A stretch of DNA of 64,000 bases from contig CBDBGH010000003.1 of the NCBI GenBank assembly GCA_965205265.1, positions 896,001-960,000 of the forward strand, written 5' to 3'. This document shows, piece by piece, positions 49,258 to 59,378 of this stretch. The DNA comes from Alphaproteobacteria bacterium (GTDB taxonomy: Bacteria > Pseudomonadota > Alphaproteobacteria > Bin95). The position numbers and the translations under genes are program-made. The stretch's first letter is position 1, and every line of letters starts with the position of its first letter. The notes under the pieces were generated by a model, which was not told the origin of the DNA, did no database searches, and was given only the letters and a program-made list of their open reading frames with translations.

Positions 49258-50259
49258 TCAGCCGGGGCAGTTCGAGTCGCTCATATAGTCGTGGACGACG
49301 ACTCTGCCCGCAACGATGTCGACCCTGGCGGTCTCGACCGCAGCCTTCAACTCGTCGCTCAGGAGGCCGGCATTGTGCTCGTCCTGCGCCCAGCCCACGC
49401 CGTCTTCCGCAAGGCCGAGGCTGCGGATGCCGGCCGTGAACTTGCCTGCCAGCCCGTCCTTCAAGGTCTCGTAGGTGGCGACATCGACGCGCTTCAGCAT
49501 CGAGGTCAGCACCGAACCCGGCGCGAGCCCGTTCTGGTTCGAATCGACGCCAATGGCAAGCTTGCCCGCATCGGCCGCCGCCTGGATCACGCCGATGCCG
49601 CTCCTGCCGGCGGCGTGATAGACCACGTCGGCGCCCCGATCCATCTGGCCCTTGGCCAGCTCCGATGCCCTGGTCGGGTCGTTCCAGGCCGCGGGCGTCG
49701 TCCCGGTCATCGCCTGGAACACCTCGATATCGGCATTCGCGGCCTTCACGCCCTGCAGGTAGCCGCAATGGAACTTGCGGATGAGGGGAATGTCCATGCC
49801 GCCGACAAAGCCCACCTTGCCGCTCTTGCTGGCGAGCGCCGCGGCGATGCCGACGAGGTAGCTGCCCTCATGCTCCTTGAAGACATACTGGCGCAGATTG
49901 GGCCGGTCGAGCCACGAGACGTCGATGATCGCGAACTGGCGGTCGGGATAGTCCGCCGCCACCGCATCGAGGGCGTCCGCCTGGGAGAAGCCGACCGCGA
50001 TGACCATCGTGGCGCCCCGTTCGACGAGCCGGCGCATCGCCTGTTCGCGCTGGGTCTCGTTGACGATCTGGAACTCTGCGACCTTGACGCCGGTTTCCTC
50101 GGAAAACTTCTGGACGCCGTTCCAGACGCCCTCGTTGAAGCTCTTGTCGAACTTGCTGCCGATGTCATAGACGACCGCGGGCTTGAACTCGGCGGCGAAC
50201 GCCGTTCCGGCCGCAAGGGCCACGAGCATCGCCACGACTGAAATCAACTTGCTTCGCAT
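49258..50259 (-). CDS. BMP family nucleoside-binding protein
   Basis: signal peptide; DKSFN, FKEHEGSYL.G, IGVDSNQ, TSMLKRVD. Confidence 0.93.
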   Translation of the reverse strand: MRSKLISVVAMLVALAAGTAFAAEFKPAVVYDIGSKFDKSFNEGVWNGVQKFSEETGVKVAEFQIVNETQREQAMRRLVERGATMVIAVGFSQADALDAVAADYPDRQFAIIDVSWLDRPNLRQYVFKEHEGSYLVGIAAALASKSGKVGFVGGMDIPLIRKFHCGYLQGVKAANADIEVFQAMTGTTPAAWNDPTRASELAKGQMDRGADVVYHAAGRSGIGVIQAAADAGKLAIGVDSNQNGLAPGSVLTSMLKRVDVATYETLKDGLAGKFTAGIRSLGLAEDGVGWAQDEHNAGLLSDELKAAVETARVDIVAGRVVVHDYMSDSNCPG

Positions 50260-50307
50260 ACCGGCCCCCTTGTTCGCTGCCGCCCGTCGGCCGACAGCAT
50301 AATGCGG

Positions 50308-52383
50308 TTATCCACCCTCTCCCAAGGCCAGGACCACGCCGCCGCTGACCGGGTCGGCCGCCGTGAGGCGAACAGAGAGGGTGTCGCCCAGCCGGAAAGT
50401 CCGGCCGGTAGCGCTGCCGGTGAGAGTGTGCCGGCGCCCGTCATGGCGGAAATACTCGCCGCCGAGCGCGGCGATGGGCAGGATGCCGTCCGCGCCTTCT
50501 CCGGCAAGGCGCAGGAAAAGGCCGAAGCGCTGCACGCCGACAATGCGCCCCTCGAACGCCTCTCCCGCCCGGCCTTCCAGCAGGGCGGCGGCATAGCGGT
50601 CGAGCGCCCGGCGCTCCGCCGCCGCGGCGCGCCGCTCGGTCGTCGAGATATGCGCGGCGATGTCGTGGAAGCCCGACTCGTCCCTGAGCCCGCCCGCGCC
50701 GAGCCCGAGCGCGGCGATCAGCGCGCGATGCACCAGCAGGTCGGCATAGCGCCGGATCGGCGAGGTGAAATGCGCATAGCGCGCGAGCCCGAGGCCGAAA
50801 TGGCCGCGCAGCTCCGGCGTATAGACGGCCTGGGACTGGGCGCGCAGCACCAGCTCGTGCGCGAGCGCCGCAAAGGGCTTGTCCGCAAGCCGGGCGAGCA
50901 GGGCGTTGAACTGTTTCGGGCGCTGCAGCTCGCCGAAAGAGACGGGGTAGCCCAGGTCGCGCAGCAGGCTCCGCATCGCCTCGACCGCCGCCGGGTCCGG
51001 CCGGTCATGGACGCGCCGCATGCAGATCTGGCCTTTCGCCTCCAGCGTCTCGGCCGCCGCGACATTCGCCGCGATCATGAACTCCTCGACGATCCGGTGG
51101 GCCGTCAGCCTGTTGCGCGCCTGCACCGCGACGGGGTTTCCGCCGGCATCGAAGACCACGCGGCGCTCGGGCAGATCTAGCTCCAGCGCGCCCCGCCGGC
51201 GCCGCGCGCGTTCGAGCGCGCGGAATGCGCCTTCCAGATGGGCAAGGTGCGCAGGCGTGTCCGGTCCGTCCAGCGCCTCCTGGAGGGCGCGGTAGGTGAG
51301 CCGGGCCGAAGAGCGCATCCACCCGCGCCGGAAGCGGTGGCCGCGCAAGGCGCCCGCCGGGCCGACCCGCAATTCCACGGCAAGGCAGGGCCGCTCCTCG
51401 CCTGGCAGGAGGCTGCCGAGCCCGCCGGACAGGCGCTCCGGCAGCATCGGCACGGCCCGGTCCGGCAGATAGACCGAGTTGCCGCGCCGCGCCGCTTCTC
51501 GGTCGAGCGCGCTACCGGGCAACACAAGGGAGGCGATGTCGGCGATGGCGACCGTTACGCGCCAGCCCTCCTCGCCGTCGGGCTCGGCGAACACCGCATC
51601 GTCGAAATCGCGCGCATCGTCATCGTCCACGGTCACGAGCGCCATGCCGGTGAGGTCGGTGCGCCCGGCGGGGTCGGGCAACCGCGCGGCCTCCGCCTCG
51701 GCTAGCGCCTCGGGCGGGAACGGCTCCTCGATGCCGTGCTCCAGCAGGGTCAGCGTCGAGAGCGCGGCCGGCCCGTCATGGCGGCCGATGCGCTCGATCG
51801 CCCGGACCGCGCGGCGCTGGCCCCGCGTTCCGGACAGGACCGCGGCGCGAACGATGTCCCCGGGCTCCGCGCCGCCCGCTTCCCTGAGCGTGAACTCCCG
51901 GTTCCGTCCCCGGTCCGCCGGGCGAAACACCAGCTCACCGCCTTCCTCCGCCACGACGCCCAGCATGTCGGCGGGCGGGGCGGTCAGCCGGCGCATGACG
52001 CGGGCGAGGTAGCCGCCTTCGCCCGTTGGCCTGAGGCGCACCAGCAGTTTCGCGCCCGTGGCGGGAAGCGGGCCCGGCCCCGGCTCATCGACGACGATGT
52101 CCGGCGCGGGCACGCCCTTCCTTCCCGCCAGGCAGGCGAGCAGGTCGCCGTCTTCCGTGCGCCCCGTCACCTCCACCACGGTCACTTCCGGCAGGCCGGT
52201 CGCAAACCGCCTGCCCCGGCGGCGGTCTATCGCGCCCTCCGCTTCGAGGTCCCGCAACAGGTCCCGTAATGCCGCGCGCTCGGCGCCCTTGAGGCGGAAG
52301 GCGCGGGCAATCTCCTTGCGGTCCACCGGCCCGCCGCGTTCCGCGACGAAGGCGAGCAGACGGTCGCGGTCAGGCAGCGCCAC
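50308..52383 (-). CDS. rnr: ribonuclease R
   Basis: TVD..DARDFDDA, RGNSVY, EEFMIAAN, YAHFTSPIRRY.DL..HR, S1 domain. Confidence 0.92.
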   Translation of the reverse strand: MALPDRDRLLAFVAERGGPVDRKEIARAFRLKGAERAALRDLLRDLEAEGAIDRRRGRRFATGLPEVTVVEVTGRTEDGDLLACLAGRKGVPAPDIVVDEPGPGPLPATGAKLLVRLRPTGEGGYLARVMRRLTAPPADMLGVVAEEGGELVFRPADRGRNREFTLREAGGAEPGDIVRAAVLSGTRGQRRAVRAIERIGRHDGPAALSTLTLLEHGIEEPFPPEALAEAEAARLPDPAGRTDLTGMALVTVDDDDARDFDDAVFAEPDGEEGWRVTVAIADIASLVLPGSALDREAARRGNSVYLPDRAVPMLPERLSGGLGSLLPGEERPCLAVELRVGPAGALRGHRFRRGWMRSSARLTYRALQEALDGPDTPAHLAHLEGAFRALERARRRRGALELDLPERRVVFDAGGNPVAVQARNRLTAHRIVEEFMIAANVAAAETLEAKGQICMRRVHDRPDPAAVEAMRSLLRDLGYPVSFGELQRPKQFNALLARLADKPFAALAHELVLRAQSQAVYTPELRGHFGLGLARYAHFTSPIRRYADLLVHRALIAALGLGAGGLRDESGFHDIAAHISTTERRAAAAERRALDRYAAALLEGRAGEAFEGRIVGVQRFGLFLRLAGEGADGILPIAALGGEYFRHDGRRHTLTGSATGRTFRLGDTLSVRLTAADPVSGGVVLALGEGG

Positions 52384-55003
52384 GCGGTTCGGGCTTTTTG
52401 GCGGCGGCGGTCTTGCGCGAGCGGCCTTTCGCGGGCGCGGCCTTCGGCTTCGCGGCGGTCTTGCCTGCCGGAGCCTTGCGGGCTGCTTTGCCGGCGCTGG
52501 CGGCCTTCTTCTGCTCCAGCAGGGGCAGGGCGGCTTCGAGCGTCGCGGCTTCGGGCGCTTGGCCCTTCGGCAGCGAGGCCATGATGCGGCCATGCTTCAC
52601 ATAAGGCCCGTAGCGCCCCTTGTGGACGGTGACGGGCTTGCCGTCGGCAGGATGAGCGCCAAGCTCCTTCAGCGGTCCGGCGGCGCGTCCGCCTTTCTTG
52701 TCCGCTATCAGCGCCACGGCCCGGTTCAGGCCGATCTCCAGCACGTCGTCGCCGCGCGGGATCGAGACATAGGCGCCGTCATGGCGGAGATAGGGGCCGT
52801 AGCGGCCGAGGCCGGCCGAGATCGGCTTGCCGGTTTCCGGGTGCAGCCCCACCTCGCGCGGCAGGGAAAGCAGGCCGAGCGCCTGTTGCAGCGTGACGGC
52901 CGCCGGGTCCATGCCCCGCGGCATGGAGACGCGCTTCGGCTTGTTCCCGTCCTCTCCGGCAAGCTGGACATAGAAGCCGTAGGGCCCCTTGCGCACGGAA
53001 ACCTCAAGCCCGCTTTCCGGGTGGTCGCCGAGGACGCGCGGCCCGTTTTCGTCCCCGGCCTCCGGGACCGTCAGCGGCCGGACATGGCGGCAGTCCGGGT
53101 AGCGGGAGCAGCCGAAGAAGGCGCCGTGGCGGCCGAGCCTGAGGCCGAGCCGGCCCTCGCCGCAGACCGGGCAGAGGCGCGGGTCCCGTCCGTTGTCGCC
53201 CGGCGGGAAGAAATGCGCGTCGAGCTCCTTGTCGAGAGCGTCGATGACATTGGATATGCGCAGCTCCTGCGTTTCCTCGACCTTGGCCTGGAAGCCGTCC
53301 CAGAACTCCTGCAGCAGCGCGCGCCAGTCGATGCGCCCGTTGGAGACCGCGTCGAGCTTTTCCTCCAGGTCGGCGGTGAACTCGTATTCCACATAGCGTT
53401 CGAAGAAGTTCTGCAGAAAGGCCGTGACGATGCGCCCGCGGTCCTCCGGCAGGAAGCGCTTGCTCTCCAGCCGCACATAATCGCGGTCCTGCAGCACCTG
53501 GATGATCGAGGCGTAGGTGGAAGGACGCCCGATGCCGAGTTCCTCCAGCCGCTTGACCAGGCTCGCCTCGGTGTAGCGCGGCGGCGGCTGGGTGAAATGC
53601 TGCCCGGCCTCCTCCGCCTTGCGCTCTGCCGGCTCGCCCTCGGCCACGGGCGGCAGGGCCTGGCCCTCATCCTCGCCGTTCGCCCTGCCGTCGGGCGCCT
53701 CGTCCCGGCCTTCGCGGTAGAGCTTGAGATAGCCGTCGAAGCGGATGACCGAACCGGTTGCGCGCAATACCGCCCGGCCGTCCGTCGCCGCCACATCGAC
53801 GGCGGCGCGGTCGAATACGGCAGCCGCCATCTGGCTGGCGACGGCGCGCCGCCAGACCAGCTCGTAAAGCCGGAACTGTTCGGGTTTCAGGCGGTCCCGG
53901 ACATCCTGCGGCCGGCGCCCCATATCGGTCGGCCGGATCGCCTCATGCGCTTCCTGGGCATTGCGCGCCGAAGAGCGGTAGCGCCTCGGTTTCGGCGGCA
54001 GGTAGGCGTCGCCGAAATCGCGTTCGATCAGCCGGCGCGCGCCGGCCAGCGCCTCCCCGCTCATCGCGACGCTGTCGGTCCGCATATAGGTGATGAGGCC
54101 GACGCTTTCGCCGCCGAGATCGACGCCCTCGTAAAGCTGCTGGGCGATGCGCATGGTGCGCGCGGCTCCGAAGCCGAGCCGCCGCGAGGCCTCCTGCTGC
54201 AGCGTCGAAGTGGTGAAGGGCGGGGCCGGATTGCGGCGCGCTTGCCTCTTCTCCACGGCGGCGATCCGGTATGCGGCCTCCTCCAGCCGCGCCTTGATCG
54301 CAAGCGCTGAGGCCTCGTCCGCAATCGCATGGGGCCCGAGCTTCCTGCCGTCGAGATGGGTGAGCCGGGCGCGGAAGGCCGCGCCGGCGACCGTCTCGAA
54401 ATCGGCATCGACGGTCCAGTATTCGCGCGCCCGGAACGCCTCGATCTCGGCCTCCCGGTCGCAGACCAGGCGGAGCGCCACCGATTGCACCCGTCCCGCC
54501 GAGCGCGCGCCCGGCAGCTTGCGCCAGAGCACCGGAGAGAGCGTGAATCCGACCAGGTAATCGAGCGCGCGGCGCGCGAGATAGGCGTCCACCAGCTCCT
54601 GGTTGATGGCGCGCGGATTGGCGACCGCGTCCAGCACCGCGTTCCTGGTGACCTCGTGGAAGACGACGCGGCTGACCTCGACCCCGTTCAGCGCCTTCCG
54701 GCTCGCCAGTGCCTCGCGGACATGCCAGGAAATCGCCTCGCCCTCGCGGTCCGGGTCGGTGGCGAGGTAGAGCCGGGATGCGCCCTTCACCGCCTTTGCG
54801 ATCTCGCCGACATGCTTCCTGCCGCGCTCGTCCATCTGCCACGACATGGCGAAACCCCTGTCGGGCAGCACGGAGCCGTCCTTGGGCGGCAGATCGCGAA
54901 CATGGCCGAAGCTGGCCAATACCCGGAAGTCCCGTCCCAGGTATTTGTTGATCGTCTTTGCCTTGGCCGGCGATTCTACAACGACGATGTTCTCGGCGCT
55001 CAT
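52370..55003 (-). CDS. topA: DNA topoisomerase I
   Basis: VESPAKAKTI, ATDPDREGEAI, SAGRVQS, ITYMRTD, GIGRPSTY, C-terminal GRYGPY repeats. Confidence 0.97.
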   Translation of the reverse strand: MSAENIVVVESPAKAKTINKYLGRDFRVLASFGHVRDLPPKDGSVLPDRGFAMSWQMDERGRKHVGEIAKAVKGASRLYLATDPDREGEAISWHVREALASRKALNGVEVSRVVFHEVTRNAVLDAVANPRAINQELVDAYLARRALDYLVGFTLSPVLWRKLPGARSAGRVQSVALRLVCDREAEIEAFRAREYWTVDADFETVAGAAFRARLTHLDGRKLGPHAIADEASALAIKARLEEAAYRIAAVEKRQARRNPAPPFTTSTLQQEASRRLGFGAARTMRIAQQLYEGVDLGGESVGLITYMRTDSVAMSGEALAGARRLIERDFGDAYLPPKPRRYRSSARNAQEAHEAIRPTDMGRRPQDVRDRLKPEQFRLYELVWRRAVASQMAAAVFDRAAVDVAATDGRAVLRATGSVIRFDGYLKLYREGRDEAPDGRANGEDEGQALPPVAEGEPAERKAEEAGQHFTQPPPRYTEASLVKRLEELGIGRPSTYASIIQVLQDRDYVRLESKRFLPEDRGRIVTAFLQNFFERYVEYEFTADLEEKLDAVSNGRIDWRALLQEFWDGFQAKVEETQELRISNVIDALDKELDAHFFPPGDNGRDPRLCPVCGEGRLGLRLGRHGAFFGCSRYPDCRHVRPLTVPEAGDENGPRVLGDHPESGLEVSVRKGPYGFYVQLAGEDGNKPKRVSMPRGMDPAAVTLQQALGLLSLPREVGLHPETGKPISAGLGRYGPYLRHDGAYVSIPRGDDVLEIGLNRAVALIADKKGGRAAGPLKELGAHPADGKPVTVHKGRYGPYVKHGRIMASLPKGQAPEAATLEAALPLLEQKKAASAGKAARKAPAGKTAAKPKAAPAKGRSRKTAAAKKPEPRGAA

Positions 55004-56085
55004 CTCGATATCAACGAAACCCGTTGTCCAGGATGCCGTTCGACACGGCCCGCCAGCTCAAGGTCGAGCAACATGGCGGCCACGGCTGCGCTCGACAAGT
55101 GGCACCGGCGGGCGAGTTCGTCAACCGTGACCGGAACGGGGCCGGGCGCGGAGAGCAGGCTGTTTTCCGCTTCGGGACCGGCGTCGCCTGCGGGAGCGGC
55201 GGGGGCCGGAGGCGGCGATATGGCGCGGGTCGGCCGCTTCGGTGCGGTGCGGAGTTGCGGGGCCGGCGCGATGCTGTCGGCGAGCGCTTCGGCAATGTCG
55301 TCGGCGTCGGTGACGAGGGTCGCGCCGTTGCGGATCAGGTCATGGCAGCCGGCATTGCGCGGGTCCAGCGGCGAGCCCGGCACGGCGAACACCTGGCGGC
55401 CTTCCTCGGCGGCCAGCCGCGCGGTAATCAGCGAGCCCGAGCGGGCCGCCGCCTCGATCACCACCACGCCCGCCGCCAGCCCTGCGACAATGCGGTTGCG
55501 GCGGGGAAAGTCCTGCGCCCGCGCCTGGAAACCCGGCGGGTTTTCGGCGAGCGCAAGGCCGTCGGCGGCTATGGCGTCGAAGAGCGCGCGGTTCTGCGGC
55601 GGATAGGGCCGGTCGATGCCCCCGGCCATAACGGCAATAGTGCCGCTGGCGAGCGCGCCCCTGTGCGCGGCCGCGTCGATGCCGCGCGCCAGTCCCGAGA
55701 CGACGGTGAAACCGGCTTCGCCGAGCGCCCGCGCGAGCCGCTCGGCAATCCGCTGGCCGGCCGCGGAGGCGTTGCGCGCGCCCACCATCGCGACGACCGG
55801 CAGGGCGGCGAGCGAAAGGTCTCCCAGGACCGCGAGGAAGGGTGGCGGATCGGCGATGCGCGAGAGCGCGGCCGGATAATCGTCGTCGCCGAACCAGACC
55901 GGCCTTGCGCCGAGCCGGGACAGCGCCTCCAGCTCCTCTTCCGCTTCCCGCTCGGCAGGCGGCCGGAAGCCGAAGCCCGGCAGCGCCTCCAGCGCCGCCT
56001 CCGCCGAGCCCAGCCGCTCGACGAGTTCGAAGTAGCGGATCGGCCCGATGCCGGGTGTCCGCGCGAGCCGCAGCCTCGCCGTCAT
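55000..56085 (-). CDS. dprA: DNA-processing protein DprA
   Basis: VGAR..S, VSGLARGID..AH, FPRRNRI, A..RSGSLITA, VPGSP. Confidence 0.95.
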   Translation of the reverse strand: MTARLRLARTPGIGPIRYFELVERLGSAEAALEALPGFGFRPPAEREAEEELEALSRLGARPVWFGDDDYPAALSRIADPPPFLAVLGDLSLAALPVVAMVGARNASAAGQRIAERLARALGEAGFTVVSGLARGIDAAAHRGALASGTIAVMAGGIDRPYPPQNRALFDAIAADGLALAENPPGFQARAQDFPRRNRIVAGLAAGVVVIEAAARSGSLITARLAAEEGRQVFAVPGSPLDPRNAGCHDLIRNGATLVTDADDIAEALADSIAPAPQLRTAPKRPTRAISPPPAPAAPAGDAGPEAENSLLSAPGPVPVTVDELARRCHLSSAAVAAMLLDLELAGRVERHPGQRVSLISR

Positions 56086-56696
56086 CGCAGCCGGATCCGG
56101 CTTTCCTCGCCTTTCAGCAGCCGGCGGATATTGCCGGCATGGCGGGCGATCACGGCTATCGCGATGAGGCCGGTCACTTCCGCTTCGGCCACCCCGACAA
56201 GCGCCCAGGCCCAAGCTGGCGAGGAGCCGATGGCGAGGATCGCGGCGAGCGACGAATAGCGGAAGAGCGCGGCCGTTCCGAGCCAGACGGCCGCAGCCGC
56301 CACTCCAACCGGCCACGCGAAGACGAACAGCACGCCGAAAGCGGTCGCCACGCCCCGGCCGCCGCGAAAGCGCAGCCAGACCGGCGCGATGTGGCCGGCG
56401 ACCACGCCGAGCGCCGCGAACACCGCCATGCTCGGGCCGAACCAGTGGTCCGCAACCGCCACAGCGGCCGCGCCCTTGCCGGCGTCGAGCAGCAGGGTGA
56501 GCGCCGCCAGCCCCCTGCGCCCGGTCCGCAGCACGTTGGTCGCGCCGATATTGCCGGAGCCGACCTGCCTCAGATCGCCGGCCCCGGCCAGGCGTGTCAG
56601 AAGCACGCCGAAGGGAATGCTGCCGAGCAGGTAGGCCGCGAGAAATGCGGCATAGAGCGGCCAGGTGAAGGAGAAGTCTCCGAGCGGGTCCGGCAT
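56082..56696 (-). CDS. plsY: glycerol-3-phosphate acyltransferase PlsY
   Basis: YLLGSIP, GSGNIGATNVLR, D..KG, F.GG.GVAT, RH..NI.RL. Confidence 0.95.
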   Translation of the reverse strand: MPDPLGDFSFTWPLYAAFLAAYLLGSIPFGVLLTRLAGAGDLRQVGSGNIGATNVLRTGRRGLAALTLLLDAGKGAAAVAVADHWFGPSMAVFAALGVVAGHIAPVWLRFRGGRGVATAFGVLFVFAWPVGVAAAAVWLGTAALFRYSSLAAILAIGSSPAWAWALVGVAEAEVTGLIAIAVIARHAGNIRRLLKGEESRIRLR

Positions 56697-56697
56697 G

Positions 56698-57600
56698 TCA
56701 GGCCTCCAGCACGATGCGGGCCAGCCGCTCGGCGTCTTCCGGTCCGGCCATCAATGTGGGGGCGACGACGGCCCGCACGCCTTCGGCCTCTATCGCCGGC
56801 GCCTCATGCGCGTCCGCCTCGTCGATGACCAGCGCGCGGATCAGGCCGCGGTAATGCCGGGCGATCGCGAGCGAGGAAGGCTCCAGCCCCAATTCCGACA
56901 TCATCTTGGCCGCCGGCCCTTTCACCGCCTTGCCGCCGATGATCGGGGAGACGCACACGGCATCGCGCACTGTGTCCCGGTAGCCCCGAACGGCGAGGAT
57001 GGGATCGATACTGATATAGGGGTTGGACGGGCAGATGACGATGCGTTCGGCCTCCCGGAGGGCTTCGAGCGTGCCCGGCGCCGGGCGGGCAGTTTCCGCG
57101 CCCTCGAAGGTGAAACCGGCGACGCGCGGGGCGGTGCGCTCGCGCACGAAGTAATGCTGGAAGGCGAGCCGCCCCGATTCGGTCTCGACCAGGGTCCGCA
57201 GCCGCTGGTCGGTCGCCGGGATCACCCGCGCCGCCACGCCGAGCCGCGCGAGAAAGGCGGCGGTGACGGCCGACAGCGGTTCCCCGGCCGCGAGGCGCTC
57301 GCTGCGGAGCACATGCATCGCAAGGTCGGAGTCGCCGAGATTGAACCAGGTCTCGCCGCCGAGCGCGCCGAGCGCTCCCATGAAGGACCAGCTCTCGTTC
57401 GCCCGGCCCCAGCCGCGTTTCCGGTCGGCGAGGCCCGAGAGCGCATAGACCAGCGAGTCGATGTCCGGCGAAACCGAAAGGCCCAGATGCTCGAAATCGT
57501 CGCCGGTATTGGCGATCACCGTAAGGTCCGCGCCGGCGTGCATCAGGCCTTCCGCCAGTTTTGCGCCGCCGACGCCGCCGGAGAGCGCCGCGACCTTCAC
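56698..57600 (-). CDS. cofD: 2-phospho-L-lactate (PEP) transferase CofD/FbiA
   Basis: LSGGVGGAKL, NTGDD...GL..SPD.D, WF.LGD.D, FQ.YFV, PSNP..SI.PIL, KGPAAK. Confidence 0.93.
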   Translation of the reverse strand: MKVAALSGGVGGAKLAEGLMHAGADLTVIANTGDDFEHLGLSVSPDIDSLVYALSGLADRKRGWGRANESWSFMGALGALGGETWFNLGDSDLAMHVLRSERLAAGEPLSAVTAAFLARLGVAARVIPATDQRLRTLVETESGRLAFQHYFVRERTAPRVAGFTFEGAETARPAPGTLEALREAERIVICPSNPYISIDPILAVRGYRDTVRDAVCVSPIIGGKAVKGPAAKMMSELGLEPSSLAIARHYRGLIRALVIDEADAHEAPAIEAEGVRAVVAPTLMAGPEDAERLARIVLEA

Positions 57601-58352
57601 CGGAAGAGGTCCGTGGCCCGGTCGCGGAGCAGCGGGGCGACGCCGCCATCGTCTTCCGGCAGGTCGAGCCCGCGCACCAGCACCGCCGGCGTCGCCTCGT
57701 CGGCCTGCCCCTGGAGGATCGAGGCGGCGGCCGCGATCTCGTCCGCCTGGCCGACAATGGTGACCTCCAGCGGCTGGCCGAACAGGTCCGGCTCGCCGCG
57801 CCGGTCGTCGATTGCCGGCAGGCCCGCCACCCCTATGGCGACGCCGCAGGTGCCGACCCGCCAGGCCCGGCCGAAGCTGTCGGAGACGATGACGCCGGGC
57901 GCCACGCCCCAGCGTTCCGCCAGCGCGGCCCTGAGCGCCCTCGCGGAAGCGTCGGGGTCCCGCGGCAGCAGCAGCAGGCGCCCCGCCTCGATGTTGGAGT
58001 GGTCTATGCCGGCATTGGCCATCACATGCCCCAGCCGGTGCTCGACGACCGCCACGCCCGGCCGGTGGCGGACGATCTCCGCCGTTTCCCCGAGCAGGAT
58101 CTCGACATGCGCGGGGTCCTTGTGCGTCAGCGCCGCGAGCCGTTTCGCGGCGGGCGAAGGAACCGTCTCCTCCGGAAAGGCGTAGCGCCCCTCGGCCTTG
58201 GAAACGACCTTCTGCGCGACCACGAGGATGTCGCCTGCCTCAAGCCCGGTCCCGGCCCGCTCCAACCCTTCCGAAATCAGTCCGGCAAGATCGTCCCCCG
58301 GCTCGACCATCGGCAGGCCGGGCAGCGCGATCAGCTCAAGCCGCCGGGTCAC
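57597..58352 (-). CDS. cofE: F420-0:gamma-glutamyl ligase CofE
   Basis: P.V.PGDDL, QKVVSKAEG, ANAGID.SN, LP.DPD.SA, DSFGR.WR.G, DLFR. Confidence 0.93.
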   Translation of the reverse strand: MTRRLELIALPGLPMVEPGDDLAGLISEGLERAGTGLEAGDILVVAQKVVSKAEGRYAFPEETVPSPAAKRLAALTHKDPAHVEILLGETAEIVRHRPGVAVVEHRLGHVMANAGIDHSNIEAGRLLLLPRDPDASARALRAALAERWGVAPGVIVSDSFGRAWRVGTCGVAIGVAGLPAIDDRRGEPDLFGQPLEVTIVGQADEIAAAASILQGQADEATPAVLVRGLDLPEDDGGVAPLLRDRATDLFR

Positions 58353-59008
58353 GCCCCGTCCCGGCCGGTCGCCGGCGTCCCGGTAATCCTGAGGCCCGCG
58401 CCGTCGATGCCGTAGCGGCGGTTGATCTGGATGATGACCGAGGTAAGCGCTTCGGCGGCGGCGGAGTTCGCGAGCGGCCCGGCATGCCAGCCGCGCAGGC
58501 CGAGGTCTTCCGCAAGCCCGATCACCGTTTCGCGCGCGGCCAGCTTGTCGCCCGCCACCAGCACGTCGCAGTCGATGTCGTGGGCCGCCTGCAGATGCGC
58601 GGCGGCCACATTCTGGAAGGCCGAGACGACGGTGGCGCGTTCGCCCAGCCAGACCTGCGCCTCGACCGCCGCCGACCCCGCCTCGGGAAGCTGCACCGTG
58701 CCGACCCTGGGCGGCATCAGCGGCACGGTTGCATCCACCAGGATCTTCCCCTCGAGCCCCTCGGCGATGCTCTCTATCGTGCTCCTGTGGTGGGCGTAGG
58801 GCACGGTCAGCACCACGATGTCGGCGGCGGCCGCGGCCTGCGGGTTGACGAGGCCGACCGCGCCGTGGCCGGCCTCGGCCGCTGCGGCATCGGCCCGCTC
58901 CTGGGTGCGCGAGCCGATGACCACCTTGTGGCCGGCATCCGCCCAGCGCCGCGCGAAGCCCGTGCCGAGCGCGCCCGTGCCGCCGATGATCGCGATGGTC
59001 CGTCCCAT
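58349..59008 (-). CDS. npdG: NADPH-dependent F420 reductase
   Basis: GGTG.LG, IGSR..ERA, LTVPY, D.TVPL, VSAFQNV.A..L, AG.L.NS...E.LT. Confidence 0.92.
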   Translation of the reverse strand: MGRTIAIIGGTGALGTGFARRWADAGHKVVIGSRTQERADAAAAEAGHGAVGLVNPQAAAAADIVVLTVPYAHHRSTIESIAEGLEGKILVDATVPLMPPRVGTVQLPEAGSAAVEAQVWLGERATVVSAFQNVAAAHLQAAHDIDCDVLVAGDKLAARETVIGLAEDLGLRGWHAGPLANSAAAEALTSVIIQINRRYGIDGAGLRITGTPATGRDGA

Positions 59009-59100
59009 AAGCCGCGCCTCCCCCTCCCGCTGCGCCCGCAGGGTTTACCCCATGCCGCGCGCCAAGCCAAAGCTTGCTTGCCATGCGGAACTGCCGGCAA

Positions 59101-59119
59101 TAGTCATGGCGAATGACCA
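59101..59119 (+). promoter_or_regulatory. palindromic operator of TA operon
   Basis: GTCAT-GGCGA-ATGAC about 25 bp upstream of antitoxin ATG. Confidence 0.55.
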
Positions 59120-59141
59120 ATTGTTATTGCGTGAGGGCACT

Positions 59142-59378
59142 ATGGCTGAGGAAGTCGGAGCGGCCGCGTTCAAGGCGCAATGCCTTCAGATCATCGACCG
59201 GGTAAGCAGGGACCGCCAGCCGGTCACCATCACCAAGCGCGGCAAGCCTGTTGCGATACTGGTGGCCGCACCGGGAACGGCGCCTTCTCCGTTCGGGGCC
59301 ATGCGGGGCAGTTTGCTGGGTTATGACGAGCCGTTCGAGCCGGCGGCCGACCCCTCCGACTGGAACGCCATGCGATGA
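59142..59378 (+). CDS. Phd/YefM family antitoxin
   Basis: FKA.CL..ID.V, V.ITKRGKPVA.L. Confidence 0.92.
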   Translation: MAEEVGAAAFKAQCLQIIDRVSRDRQPVTITKRGKPVAILVAAPGTAPSPFGAMRGSLLGYDEPFEPAADPSDWNAMR

